NCBI GenBank assembly: GCA_051530055.1
Contig: CM121341.1
Span: forward strand, 1,116,001-1,180,000
Reading direction: 5' to 3'
Source: Neoechinorhynchus agilis
Lineage: Eukaryota; Animalia; Acanthocephala
DNA length: 64,000 bases
Every line of letters begins with the position of its first letter. Position 1 is the stretch's first letter. Below, piece after piece: positions 10,560-21,820 of the stretch. The notes under the pieces were generated by a model, which was not told where the DNA came from, searched no databases, and saw only the letters and a list, made by a program, of their open reading frames with translations. The position numbers and the translations under genes are program-made.

Positions 10560-12960
10560 AGCTTCTCTGAGAAACGGTCTTAGAGAATTCACCATTGCTG
10601 GCGTTTATCGCCCTCCGGTCTCTCGTCCTGAGTCTTCCTTGCTCCATGTTCACTCTATGATGGAGCTCATAAACTCCACAAATCCGCACCATTTCTTAAT
10701 TGCAGGGGACTTCAATAATCTATTTCCTCTTCTACCCTTCGCCGAGCTGCGTCGACTTATTGACTTCCCAACTCGTCTTGACGCTCATCTCGACAAAGTG
10801 TTCACAAATATCGACGCCTATTCATCCGCCTCTAAACTCCCTCCCCCCGCGAACGTTGACCACTGTCCTGCCCTTATCACTCCCTCCACCCGACCTCAGC
10901 GTATGAAATCTTCCCGTTTACCCGTCTGGGATAAACGTGATCATTACATCCAAAATTTTATAAAATTGCTCAACTCTAATTCCCGCACATTCCACTCTGA
11001 CAACACAAATGACCTTTCCTTGGTCATGCCCTCCCTATCCACAATCATAAAAAATTCCCTAGCTTCGGCAATTCCCAAGAAATTCATTAGGATCTCCACC
11101 CGCGACCCACCATGAATAATCCCCCATTTTGAAACTTCTTCAAAGTCAAGCTTCTAAGTCCCATCGCAATAACTCTCCATACTTCCCCAGTTGAACTAAC
11201 TAACAAAATATTTATCGCCCGCAAAAACTTCCTTTCCTCTAAAATTCATTCAGGTGGCAACTCAACATGGTGGCGGGCCGTGAAGAACTCTATTGGTCTA
11301 CGCCACCCGAATCCCCTCTCTAATTTGTCCTCCACTTAATTAAAACAGGTTCTAGATTCCATTAATCAGAACCTCTGCCCTGACTCAATTTACAAACACA
11401 ATCTTTCACGCCCACACCTGAAACTTTTGTCAACTCGCCAATACTCCAATTAGTTTCGTCATACGAAGTACTACAGTATCATATGAAATTATCTGGAAAT
11501 TCGTGCTCTCAATCCGAAATCACAAACTGAGCTCTTCGTTACATCATCCCCGAACTCATCTACCTTTAACCCACATTATAAATCACAGCTTTTTATATGG
11601 CATCGACCACTCATGCTTGAAAACTGCTAAAGTTATCCTTGTTCCAGAAAGGGACATCTTATTTCGGCCAAATCATTCTGTCCAATTTCCATTCTACCCG
11701 CTTTTTCAAAAATCATCGAAAAATGTTTTAAATCTCGCCTTTCACTTCTCAACGAAAAGTTATCGCCTCTACAATTTGGCTTCTGGCCTAAATTTTCTGC
11801 AACGGATGCCCTACTTTGCACTTATGGCACGCTCCAACATAACCTCGACAATAATCCCTCCCACGTCACCAGTCTCATTCTTCTTCTCACACACGCATAT
11901 TTTTCTCTCGAGAGAGAGGTTGCGGTTCCCTCGACAACCAATTTATCCTGTTTGATGCAATCCACCCATCCTTTTCTCGGCCTTCCTCTTCGGCGATTTC
12001 CGGTTATTTCCAGTTTCTCCGTGCTGCGCAGTACGTGATCTGCTTCGCAGCATTCGACTCCGTGGACCATTCACTCCTTCTTCGGGCCTCCTACGATTTT
12101 GGTATCAACTTGTGGCAGATCCGCTGGCTCGAATGACATCTTCACAATCGCAAACAATACATCAACTGCCCTTCTACCTCTTCTATCAGCCTATCCCTCA
12201 CCAAAGGCGTACCTCAAGGTGCTGTGCTGCCACCACTTGTCTTTAATATTTTTCCAAACAACCTCAAACCTCTCTCCTCTCACTCTACTCTTATACGCCG
12301 ACGATATCACCCATTCATCACCCCACCTCTCCCTAACCCCTAACGAAATCACACACATAAAAGATTTCTGCACCAATCACAAACTCCATCTCAATTTCTC
12401 AAAATGCTTCGAAATGATTCCCTCATTCTCCAGCAAACCCACATCATCCCCGAGCTTCTAAATGATATCCTACGAGTAACCTCCCTAAAAATTCTTCGTA
12501 TCCAATTTCAATACAATTTGAAATGGGATTCGTACATTAACCTCTCCCTCAAGCACAACACCTTTAAAATTTATCTCCTCAAACGCCTCCGACATTTAGG
12601 AATCCATTCACCCGATCTATCTAAATTTTACTTCTGCTTTATTTTACCTTCCCTCGCCTACGGTTAGCCCGTATTTTGCAGCCTTTCCAAATCTCAAATC
12701 CGCCGTCTTAAAATTCTTCATAAAAGAGCATCTAAAATTTGCACCGCTGACTTTCCCCCTCTCACTGAATGCCTTGATGTTATTTTCATAAAACAATCAA
12801 AATCTACCACCACAATTTCTACCACATGTCGCTCTCTTTTCACACGAGCTCAGCACTAGTAGTCCTAATTCGTTTCATCCTACTATGTCTCGCACCTCGC
12901 TATACCTGCGCTCCTTTTTCCATGCTGTCCAATCTTCTCCACAAAGTTGCGCATTGATAG
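10560..12960 (+). mobile_element. Degraded L2/CR1-type LINE (APE endonuclease + RT)
   Basis: IAGVYRPP, FLIAGDFN, FPTRLDAHLDKVFTN, LLYADDIT, LKILRIQFQYNLKWDSYI, LKRLRHLG, C-terminal SRTSLYLRSFF. Multiple frameshifts. Confidence 0.85.
11900..12110 (-). mobile_element. RTE-clade LINE 3' fragment nested in the L2/CR1 copy
   Basis: EITGNRRRGRPRKGWVDCIKQD is the typical RTE C-terminal GRP...W.D motif. Confidence 0.65.
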
Positions 12961-13690
12961 AATTTAGGGTAGCAACGAGATGGGAGTTTGATAGGTCAGA
13001 GAAAGATTTTTGTCTTTCTATGCATAGAACACTTTTCGTGTTTTTCCACCAGAGGTGAGTGGGAGAGGATATGGGTTTATGTGCAAGAAAGGTCTTGTGC
13101 GAGTTGAGAATGTGATGCACAAGAAAGGATTGAGGGCGGGGGAAATCAGGATTGTATGTGTTTATTCGCGTTTATTTGGAGCATTCACAAGAAAGGGGGC
13201 ATCCAAAGTGGGTCTCGGCTGGAAAGGCGAGTGGTTCATACAAGAAGAGAGTATATTAGTTAGAGAAAGCATAGCCTCCGTGGGGTTTTTGTTTAAAACA
13301 GATTTTCTTTGTGAAGAGAGATTACGTGAGACCAATTTGGTAAATGTGAATATGTGTTGATCGCTCGTATCCCAGACCGTAAAGGGAGATGACTGTACAT
13401 GTTGAGGAGAAGCGGCGGGAGAGAGGATTATTGCACAATGGTCTGAGGATGAGATTGGAAGTAGTTTTTTTAAGATCCTTGTATTTGTGGATGTTGGTAA
13501 AGATTTTATCGAGATGTGAGGAGTGGTGGGTAGGAAATTTTACTAACTGGACGGAGTCAAGCAGAGATAGTGATGTAGGTAGATTATTGAAATCACCAAG
13601 AATGATTAGACGTTCAAGACCAAGAGAGTGAAGATTTGATATCAGTGCATCAATCTCCTGTGATGCCATTTGTAGATCGGCTGAGAGAGG
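12960..13690 (-). mobile_element. L2/CR1-type LINE endonuclease fragment, inverted
   Basis: LIILGDFNNLP...VKFPTHHSSHLDKIFTN, paralogous to 10640-10900. Confidence 0.75.
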
Positions 13691-13714
13691 ACGATAGATA
13701 CCAATACACCGTCC

Positions 13715-13960
13715 GGTCTGCGGTCATCGAGTCGGCACATATTGCTCGGCCCTAGAATGTTGGGCGCATTCACAGTATTCAGGGCATGACTAAGATTTGT
13801 GTTCACTTCGACGTGCCGTGAGCAAATTCCGCCTGATTGCCGACGGACGAGACCATGGATCCACGGTCGCTCCGCAACGGCAGCGATGTACACGTCGGTA
13901 CCCCAAGTCTAAAGGACACCGTAATCCTTACTGTCTAGTCGGAGAGAAGCGATTCAGATA
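13715..13960 (-). mobile_element. CRE-clade fragment (zinc knuckle/RLE region)
   Basis: HGLV...RHVEVN...ALNTVNAPNILGPSNMCRLDDRRPDG. Confidence 0.75.
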
Positions 13961-14082
13961 GGACTGAGAATCGAAACTGCAATAAATTTCTAAATGTTCA
14001 ACTGTAAACTGACATTTTCCGTCTAAATTATCGATTAAATTTGTTGTCACTAAACCGCCGGAAGAATGCTACCGTATAAAAA

Positions 14083-14090
14083 TGACGTCA
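14083..14090. promoter_or_regulatory. Palindromic TGACGTCA (ATF/CREB-type site)
   Basis: Exact 8-mer about 140 bp upstream of the LRR ORF. The same motif occurs at 58677 and 58815. Confidence 0.35.
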
Positions 14091-14230
14091 CAAAATGCTT
14101 CATTTAACGCCGTATGCAGTACATTTTCACGTATTTCTCGGTGATTTGATATTCGCAGGGCAGTCTCCTTTTAAGCATTTTCAGAATTCTTTTCAATAAT
14201 GAATTTATGAATCGTTTCTAAAAATTTTGG

Positions 14231-14851
14231 ATGTACTATGACGGAGACTTTTTGGGACAAGAAGCCGAGGAGAGTGAAATGGCCTATTTGGCTGATCACG
14301 GTGCGCCTTTAGGAAACGAAGCAGCCAACGGTTCATCGAGTCACCTCACTGGTCTTGAGATCCGAGGCCGGGTCAGCCATTTAAGTGAAAATCTATGGCA
14401 ATTCACGCAAATATCAAGACTTTCTCTAAGTAACAATCTTCTAACGTCCATCCCGGCCGGAATAAAAAACATGGCGAACCTGACATTCTTAGACGCAAGC
14501 AATAATCGATTGGAATCTCTTCCTAGAGAACTTGGTGATCTTGCCAATCTTCGGGAACTAATAATCGATGGAAACAAAATTCGTGAACTTCCGATGGAAC
14601 TCGGAAAACTCCGCAATCTTGTTTATCTAAGTATAGGGGATAATCCTCTTGATCAACACATTCTCGACATTTTCAGCCGAGAAGGAACCGCCGGAATTAT
14701 TGAACATCTCCATGGTCTCTATTCGCAACATTCACTCGCTCATATCGTTCATGGATCAAATCCCTATGAACCTTCACAATACGCCGACAATCCGGGCGTG
14801 GAAATCCCGCTCAACTACAACTCAAATAATGCCATTGGACAACCACAGTAA
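14231..14851 (+). CDS. Leucine-rich-repeat protein resembling the N-terminal LRR domain of CCR4/CNOT6; no nuclease domain in the ORF
   Basis: LEIRGRVSHLSENLWQFTQISRLSLSNNLLTSIP...LDASNNRLESLPRELG...LPMELGKL...GDNPL parallels the CNOT6 LRR as recalled. Confidence 0.75.
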   Translation: MYYDGDFLGQEAEESEMAYLADHGAPLGNEAANGSSSHLTGLEIRGRVSHLSENLWQFTQISRLSLSNNLLTSIPAGIKNMANLTFLDASNNRLESLPRELGDLANLRELIIDGNKIRELPMELGKLRNLVYLSIGDNPLDQHILDIFSREGTAGIIEHLHGLYSQHSLAHIVHGSNPYEPSQYADNPGVEIPLNYNSNNAIGQPQ

Positions 14852-14967
14852 AGCTAACTTTTGTTTTTTCTCCCAATGAATCGATGCATTTTCTTAAAAG
14901 CGACCTTTTCCCGATCTTGGGTAATCGGCAAATTAGACTTATTATTTTGACTCGGCCATCCTACCGA

Positions 14968-16790
14968 TTTAGATTTCTTTTTTAACTTTTCTAGGTTTTA
15001 CAATAATAAAGCACAAAACGTGCAATCACCACCGTCCGCAAAATCAAAGCTTCTCTCCTTCCTCGGCTGTCGCTATCACGCCAGCAGCATTGCTTCGTTG
15101 TACTGCCAGCGAGATATTTTGTCGCAGGAATACACCTGCCCGTGAGTCGCCGGTCGTTTCTCTCAATTTCTTCGAGAGATCCTGGAGCAGAGTGAGTACC
15201 GAGCTGCCGAACGCTCCATACGTATCTACCCCAAAGGGGACAAAATAGTGAGCCCTTGCTAAATCCCTATATTTTCGTACCTTCCTCCCTTCTGCTGCAA
15301 TGGCTGCACCTTCAGGGATTTCGAGAGAGTACGGAATGTTGCTTACGGCGAGCGTGTCCACACACGTGGCGTCCCAGAGAAGGCATTTGCCCTCCCGCCA
15401 CGGAGACCGTGTAGTCGACAAAGATGGGCGGGTTACGCACTCGGTCGATAGGCCGAGCGAAGTTCGTCGTTCTCTACGCCCGAGGAATTACGCTGTTGAT
15501 CTCAGAATGGCGTGAGAACCTTTTACCTGACTTTCAACAAACGAGACCATGTCGCCTAAAAGCATCAACCAAAGATCCACATCGACAGCCGGGAGACCAA
15601 GTCTTAAGAACACTGCGATCCTCTTTACCTCGTCAGTAAGAAGAGTTCCCACTGATGCCAGAGGAACAGCCTCCAACCACGCCCCAGATTCTCGTGTTGA
15701 AATTGCCAACAGTCTAGCTCGGACGACCCCATCGCGAGAACCGGAAAGTAAAGAGCTGTGAGCTCTCGCGGCGAGAGGTCTGTTCCAAATCGACGGTCTG
15801 ATGCCATTCACGGGAACATGGTTAGCGCCTGTCTGCTGGCACCATTCCTCGACCGCCACCACGAAATCCTGGTCAAGACAGAACTTTTCCTTCAAAATTT
15901 TCTTCGATACTGGTAGGCTCCCCTGCAACGATCCAAGAAAGGCTGGCAAGGCAAATTCTACTAGCGCCCGAATGCTCATTCCCCCAGATGACACAGGTAA
16001 AGAAGCTTGTCGCCCGCCTCATCTGAGAGCTGGACATTTAAAATACGCTCGCGACAAGCCCTCACCTTGTCCCCGAGCTTAGCCAATTCTTCCTTATGTT
16101 TGAAGAATATCAATTTCGGGGTATAGAGTGCGTTCTTTATCAGAAATAACGCTTCGTGAGCCGAGAGAGCGCTTATTCTATCGCACAGCAACGAAAGTTT
16201 CGGTATGATACGACCAATCTCAGCTTCCACATTTGAATCAAACACGCAACTGGCCAGGAGGCTGAGTTGCTCTGGAGTCACGAGTTTCAGACCTGGAGCT
16301 ACGGCCTCGAACCCATCCATTAGCTCCTTGACTTTGGCGGCGTCTTCGATATTTAATACTAGGAGCTCACACTTTCCAGCATTAAGCTCAACGCCCAATC
16401 TCGCAGTATCCCTAATCAGCGTCTCCAAATCGCGCAGTACAACGGAGGGATCACCTCCGAGCGTAGCGCCATCCGAGTACCAAGCGTTGAAGCTGGGATG
16501 GAGAGAGTACGCTATTGGACTTACTATTAGGGAGAATGCGATTGGACCGAGAGGATCTCCTTGCTGCACTCCTCTTTCGGACCAAATGAGGTGGTCTTCG
16601 AAAAGTAAAGGAGTCGCGGTCCCGTAGGCATTGAGAAAATACTGGAAGGCTTCTGGTACGTGATCCCTAATAGCGCAGAACATGCTTTCTCTAGTGAAAG
16701 AGTTAAAGGCATTCTGAAAATCACACTTAAGAATTACACACGGCTTGACACTGTGGTGGACACAAACAGTTTTATTCAACTTGAAAAATA
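14968..16790 (-). mobile_element. CRE-clade non-LTR retrotransposon (RT + restriction-like endonuclease), 5'-truncated, frameshifted
   Basis: LKCDFQNAFNS, GVQQGDPLGP, WYSDG (degenerate YxDD), PWREGKCLLWDATCVDTLA, FVPFGVDTYG, FLRQNISLAVQRSNAA. Confidence 0.9.
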
Positions 16791-16859
16791 ACGGTGGCTG
16801 AATTATTGCGACGAAGAATTAGTCGCGCATAACTATTACGTCAGACACCAACACCATCA

Positions 16860-18115
16860 CAATCAATCAAACCTACGATTCATTTCAATAATGATATGCC
16901 TTCTCCCCCAAACCCTAAATTCTTTGCCGATTTTAACTCGATCCATCGTGCTATGCACTCCTCTTTCAAGGATAGAAATCGCATCACTTCTATTACTGGT
17001 ATGCCGGAATCCCCTGCTGCAGATCCTGTCGCCGATTATGCACACAATTGTCACAATATTCTTCGTATCACTCAACTCTTTTCCCACTTGCATTCTGCAT
17101 TTCCCAACTCAAACAACTGCTGTGCGCATTCCCTCTAAAAATCCAATTAGCCAGCGCTCACCTCTTCTTAATGTAACCTTCAATTCAACACTCATAGCCT
17201 CCCTCTTCCTTAACACAAGATAAGAGCTCCTTAATTCAAAACTTTATTTTCGAATCTTCTCATATAAAAACTCATCATCGCATGTTTCCATCACTCTTCA
17301 AACTCAAACCAGATCTCATCATCCCAGGATGATCCTTCGCATTGAATGAACATCATAGAACATCTTTCACATCCTAACAACTATAAGAGTAAGCGATTTC
17401 CCAACTTGTTTGACTACGTACAATTCCACCAGCGCCCGACACGATTTCCCTAACGAAACAAGGAAAAAATTATCACTCAACCCCTATACAAATATACCAT
17501 AAATCGGCCCGTTTGATGGTAGCTGATCCACACATAGTCTCAATTCAAAACTCGTTCATCAGATTGTCAATCTCTCTTCCCAACACTCCGTCGATATCAA
17601 AGCTTGTATGGATTCCTCCCCCCATTTATCACCTACAATGGCAAAAGCAACCTCAGTATTCCTCATTTTCAAATCCAAAATTCCCTACCCCATCTTAATC
17701 TACTCCAACACTCGAAGCCTCCTCACACCATTTCTTAATTGCAGGAAAATTCAGTAAACAATGGCTTAGTTTTATCGAGTTCGCAACATTATATATCCTT
17801 GATTTTTACGAATAAACGAATGAAGAAAATGAAAGCACCGCCTCTACCCGTCGGGAAAAACGCATCGATCGTTTACGTCTCGCTTCCGCAAGGATGCACT
17901 TACAGTGAATCTGGAAGATTTACTTCCCTAAGAATTCTGGGTATCCAATTTCAATCAGATCTCAAATGGAACTCGCGCGTTAATCTTTCCCTAAAATGCA
18001 ATACCTTTAAAAATTACCTCCTTAAACGCCTCCGCCATTTGGGAGCCCCTTCCCCTTATCTTTCCAAATTTTACTTCTGCTTTATTTTACCCACCAAACA
18101 CCAATTTTTCACCTG
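16860..18115 (+). mobile_element. L2/CR1-type LINE fragments
   Basis: C-rich degraded APE/RT pieces. LRILGIQFQSDLKWNSRV...LKRLRHLG at 17920-18090 matches 12480-12660. Confidence 0.65.
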
Positions 18116-19375
18116 ACCGGACTCGCCGTACACTCCCAAAACCAACAGTCCCATTCATTTAGCAGTACTCGCAGCTCCCTATACCTCCACTCCTTGCATA
18201 CCGCATAATCATCACTGACATCATGAACCGAAATTAACCGGAGATAAGACCCTACCAAGCAAACTATCGTACAAAAATAAATATCCTTTTTTCCAGTCCC
18301 ATTCATTTAACTTAACATTACTCGCACCTCCCTATACCTACTCTCCTTTTTTCATACTGCGTAATCTTCTCTGGTACCGTGAAACGAAATTTACCAGAGA
18401 TAAGACCCTACCAAGCAAACTCTCCGGCAATCAATAACCTCCAACTTTCCCACCCGATCGAACCCACCATCCACTCCAAAACGAACAGTCCCATTCATTA
18501 ACTTAACATTACTCGCACCTCCCCATACCTACGCTCTATTTTCCATACCGCATAATCTTCTCGGGTATCATGAACCGAAATTAACCGGAGATAAGACCCT
18601 ACCAAGCAAACTCTCCGGCAAACAATAACCTGAAACTTTCCCACCCGATCGAACCCGCCATCCACTCCAAAACGAACAGTCCCATTCATTCAACTTAACA
18701 TTACTCGCACCTCTCTTTACCTACGCTCCTTTTTCAATACTGCATAATCATCTCGGATATCATGAACCGAAATTTACCGGAGATAAGACCCTACCAAGCA
18801 AACTCTCCGGCAATCAATAACCTCCAACTTTCCCACCCGATCGAACCCACCATCCACTCCAAAACGAACAGTCCCATTCATTAACTTAACATTACTCGCA
18901 CCTCCCCATACCTACGCTCTATTTTCCATACCGCATAATCTTCTCGGGTATCATGAACCGAAATTAACCGGAGATAAGACCCTACCAAGCAAACTCTCCG
19001 GCAAACAATAACCTGAAACTTTCCCACCCGATCGAACCCGCCATCCACTCCAAAACGAACAGTCCCATTCATTCAACTTAACATTACTCGCACCTCTCTT
19101 TACCTACGCTCCTTTTTCAATACTGCATAATCATCTCGGATATCATGAACTGAAATTTACCGGAGATAAGACCCTACCAATCAAACTCTTCGGCAAACAA
19201 TAATCTCCAACTTTCCCACCCGGACCCGCCATCCACTCCAAAACCAACGGTTCAATTCATTTAAAAGTACTCGCACTTCCCTATACCTACGCTCCTTTTT
19301 TCATACCGCATAATCTTCTCGGGTATCATGAAACGAAATTTACCGGAGATAAGACCCAACCAAGCAAACTCTCCT
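18115..19375 (+). repeat. Tandem array, 191-192 bp unit, about 6.5 copies, alternating dimer (383 bp)
   Basis: Unit anchor CAGTCCCATTCATT at 18294, 18486, 18677, 18869, 19060. ORFs 18498..18689 and 18881..19072 are identical. Confidence 0.95.
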
Positions 19376-19399
19376 ACAAGAAATAAATAAACATTTTTA

Positions 19400-19600
19400 A
19401 TCCCGGTTGGATCCGTCATCAGGTAGAGTTGCGACCAAATCGATCATTCGCCCGGTGGGATCCTCATCGAAGGCCGCAATCACATAATAGAATTTCGTTT
19501 CATCCGCTATGATATTTCGAAGAGCGAATTGAGCTTCGGTTTCGGCGTACCATACGCGAGATTCATGAGTCCAGAGTCGAGGTAACTTCAGGCTCACCCC
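19400..19600 (-). mobile_element. Gypsy gag N-terminal fragment
   Basis: SLKLPRLW...WYAETEAQFALRNIIADETKFYYVIAAFD. About 165 bp identical to 26540-26703. Confidence 0.8.
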
Positions 19601-19689
19601 CTGTATCGATGTTTAGGATATAGCTGCGATGTCCATATAACAACCGTATATTTTTCAAAATAAACAGCAAAACCACACAACTTCCTTTT

Positions 19690-21480
19690 TTCGCACCAGT
19701 TTATTTTATTAAACTTTTTGTTACACACATAACAAGAAAACGTTTAAACAATCACCACCGTCCACGAAGAAAATGCATCGTTCGCCCCTCAGTGGTCGCG
19801 ACCACACTCGCTGCGTTTCCTCTTTGGATCGCGAGACCAATGTTTTGGCGTAGGAAGGCATCACCTCTTACATTTCCTGTCTTGGCATGGAGTCTACTCG
19901 ATAACTCTTTCGTAAATCTAAGTGCCGAGCTACCGAGCGCACCAATAGTCTCCACTCCAAAAGGTACAAAACGTGAGACCTACTTAATTCTCTATATTTC
20001 GCCACCTTTCGGTCCTCCGCGGCAGTAGTCGCTCCCTCTGGGGACTGCACCACAAACCTTCCGTTACTTGCCGCGAGCGTGTCTACACATGTGGCGTTCC
20101 AGAGAAGAAATTTGCCTTCTCGCCACAGGAATACGGTGACGCCATCCGGACGACGAACATCGAGTCGGCACAGGTTGCTTGACTCTAAAATGTTTGGGAC
20201 GTTCATCGTATTTAGGGCACGCGAAATTACCCGTGATTTGTTGCAAACAAGGCCATTTCTCCTCAGTGGATCCACGATCATTCCACAGCGGCAACGAGGT
20301 TCGACACAAATCGGTAGACCAAATCTGAGGGAAACTCCGATCCGAACTGCTTTGTCTACGAATGCAATGGGTAAGGCTTCCAAACATGCTCCCGATTCTC
20401 TTGTAGGGGCTGCCAGCAATCTAGCCCGGTTGACCTCGTCGCGAGAACCTGCAATGGGAGAACTATGAGCTCGAGCGACTAAAGGTTTATCCCAGATAGA
20501 CTGCTTTAGGCCATTCACTGGAACTTGGTTGTAACTCGTCTTCTCCCACCATTCCTGGACCGCTACTAGAAATTCGTCCGCTAAACAGAACATGGGTCCC
20601 AATATATGTTTTACCAGACCCCGACTCCCTTCGAATGATCCTAAAAACGCGGGCAGCAACGCATCTACTGTTTTTCGAATACCCAAGCCACCGGACGATA
20701 CAGGCAATGAAGCTTATCGCCAGGCCTCGTCTGATAGCTGGATATTTAAAATGTGCTCGAGACACGCCTGACATGCTTGAAGAAGGAAGCCGTGCGCAGT
20801 TTATAAAGCATTTTCAAGATGAAGAGGGTATTCTTGATCGGGAATAGAGCCTCGTGTGACGAAAGTTCCCGGACTCTATCACACAGCATCGTTATGTTTG
20901 GGGGTAGATGGTCGATTTCATTTTCCACATTAGAATCAAAAACGCAGCTCCCTAGAAGACTCAGCTGGTCTAGAGTGATCAATCCTAAACCGGGTGCCAG
21001 ATTTCTAAGACCTTTGACGATTTTGCTCTGCACTGACTCGTCTTCGATGTTCATTACCAACAGTTCGCATTTCCCTACATTAAGCTCAACGTCCAATCTC
21101 GCAGTCTCCCTCACGAGTGTCTCCAGATCGCGCAGTACTACGGAGGGATCACCTCCGAGCGTAGCGTCATCCAAGTACCAAGCGTTAAAGCTGCACTGGA
21201 GAGAGTGCGCTATTGAATGCACTGCAAGTATGAAAGCGACTGGACCGAGAGGGTCTCCCTGCTGTACTCCTCCTTCCTACAAAATGAGGTGATCGTTGAA
21301 CAGCAAAGGAGTCGGGGTCCCGTATGCGTTGAGAAAATAAGGAAAAGCTTCTGGTGCGTGACTTTTGAGTGCTTCGAACAGAGCGGTACGGTGAATGGAA
21401 ATGAAGGCATTTGTAAAGTCGCACTTCAAAATCACACATGGCGTTGAACTATTTGTGATAAAGTGCACATGATCGATTGC
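19690..21480 (-). mobile_element. CRE-clade non-LTR retrotransposon, second degraded copy
   Basis: LKCDFTNAF, AWYLDDATLGG, RRPDGVTVFLWREGKFLLWNATCVDTLA, FLRQNIGLAIQRGNAASV. Confidence 0.9.
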
Positions 21481-21820
21481 CTACGTATTGATCGATGCTT
21501 GGCGCGCATCGCAATAGCTTTGAAGTCAAGGTCACCAATGTAGTCGAAAACCCAATTTTTTGTTTTACGCTCTAACGACCCTTTATAGTGCACGATGGCG
21601 GATGGACTTCTGTCGTCATCACTATTGATGAATCTTTTTTACTAACTTGTTGTCCTTAATTAGTTTTTCATCCATATGAACTAAAAGTAATTTTCGTAAA
21701 TAGTACCTAATTTTGTAAAACCCACTCAACCACACTATTCACTCACATAAGACTCGTATTTGCGGTGCGCTAATTGTATTAAACGTTCAACGACACACAA
21801 CGCCGTCGGCATTATTCGGA

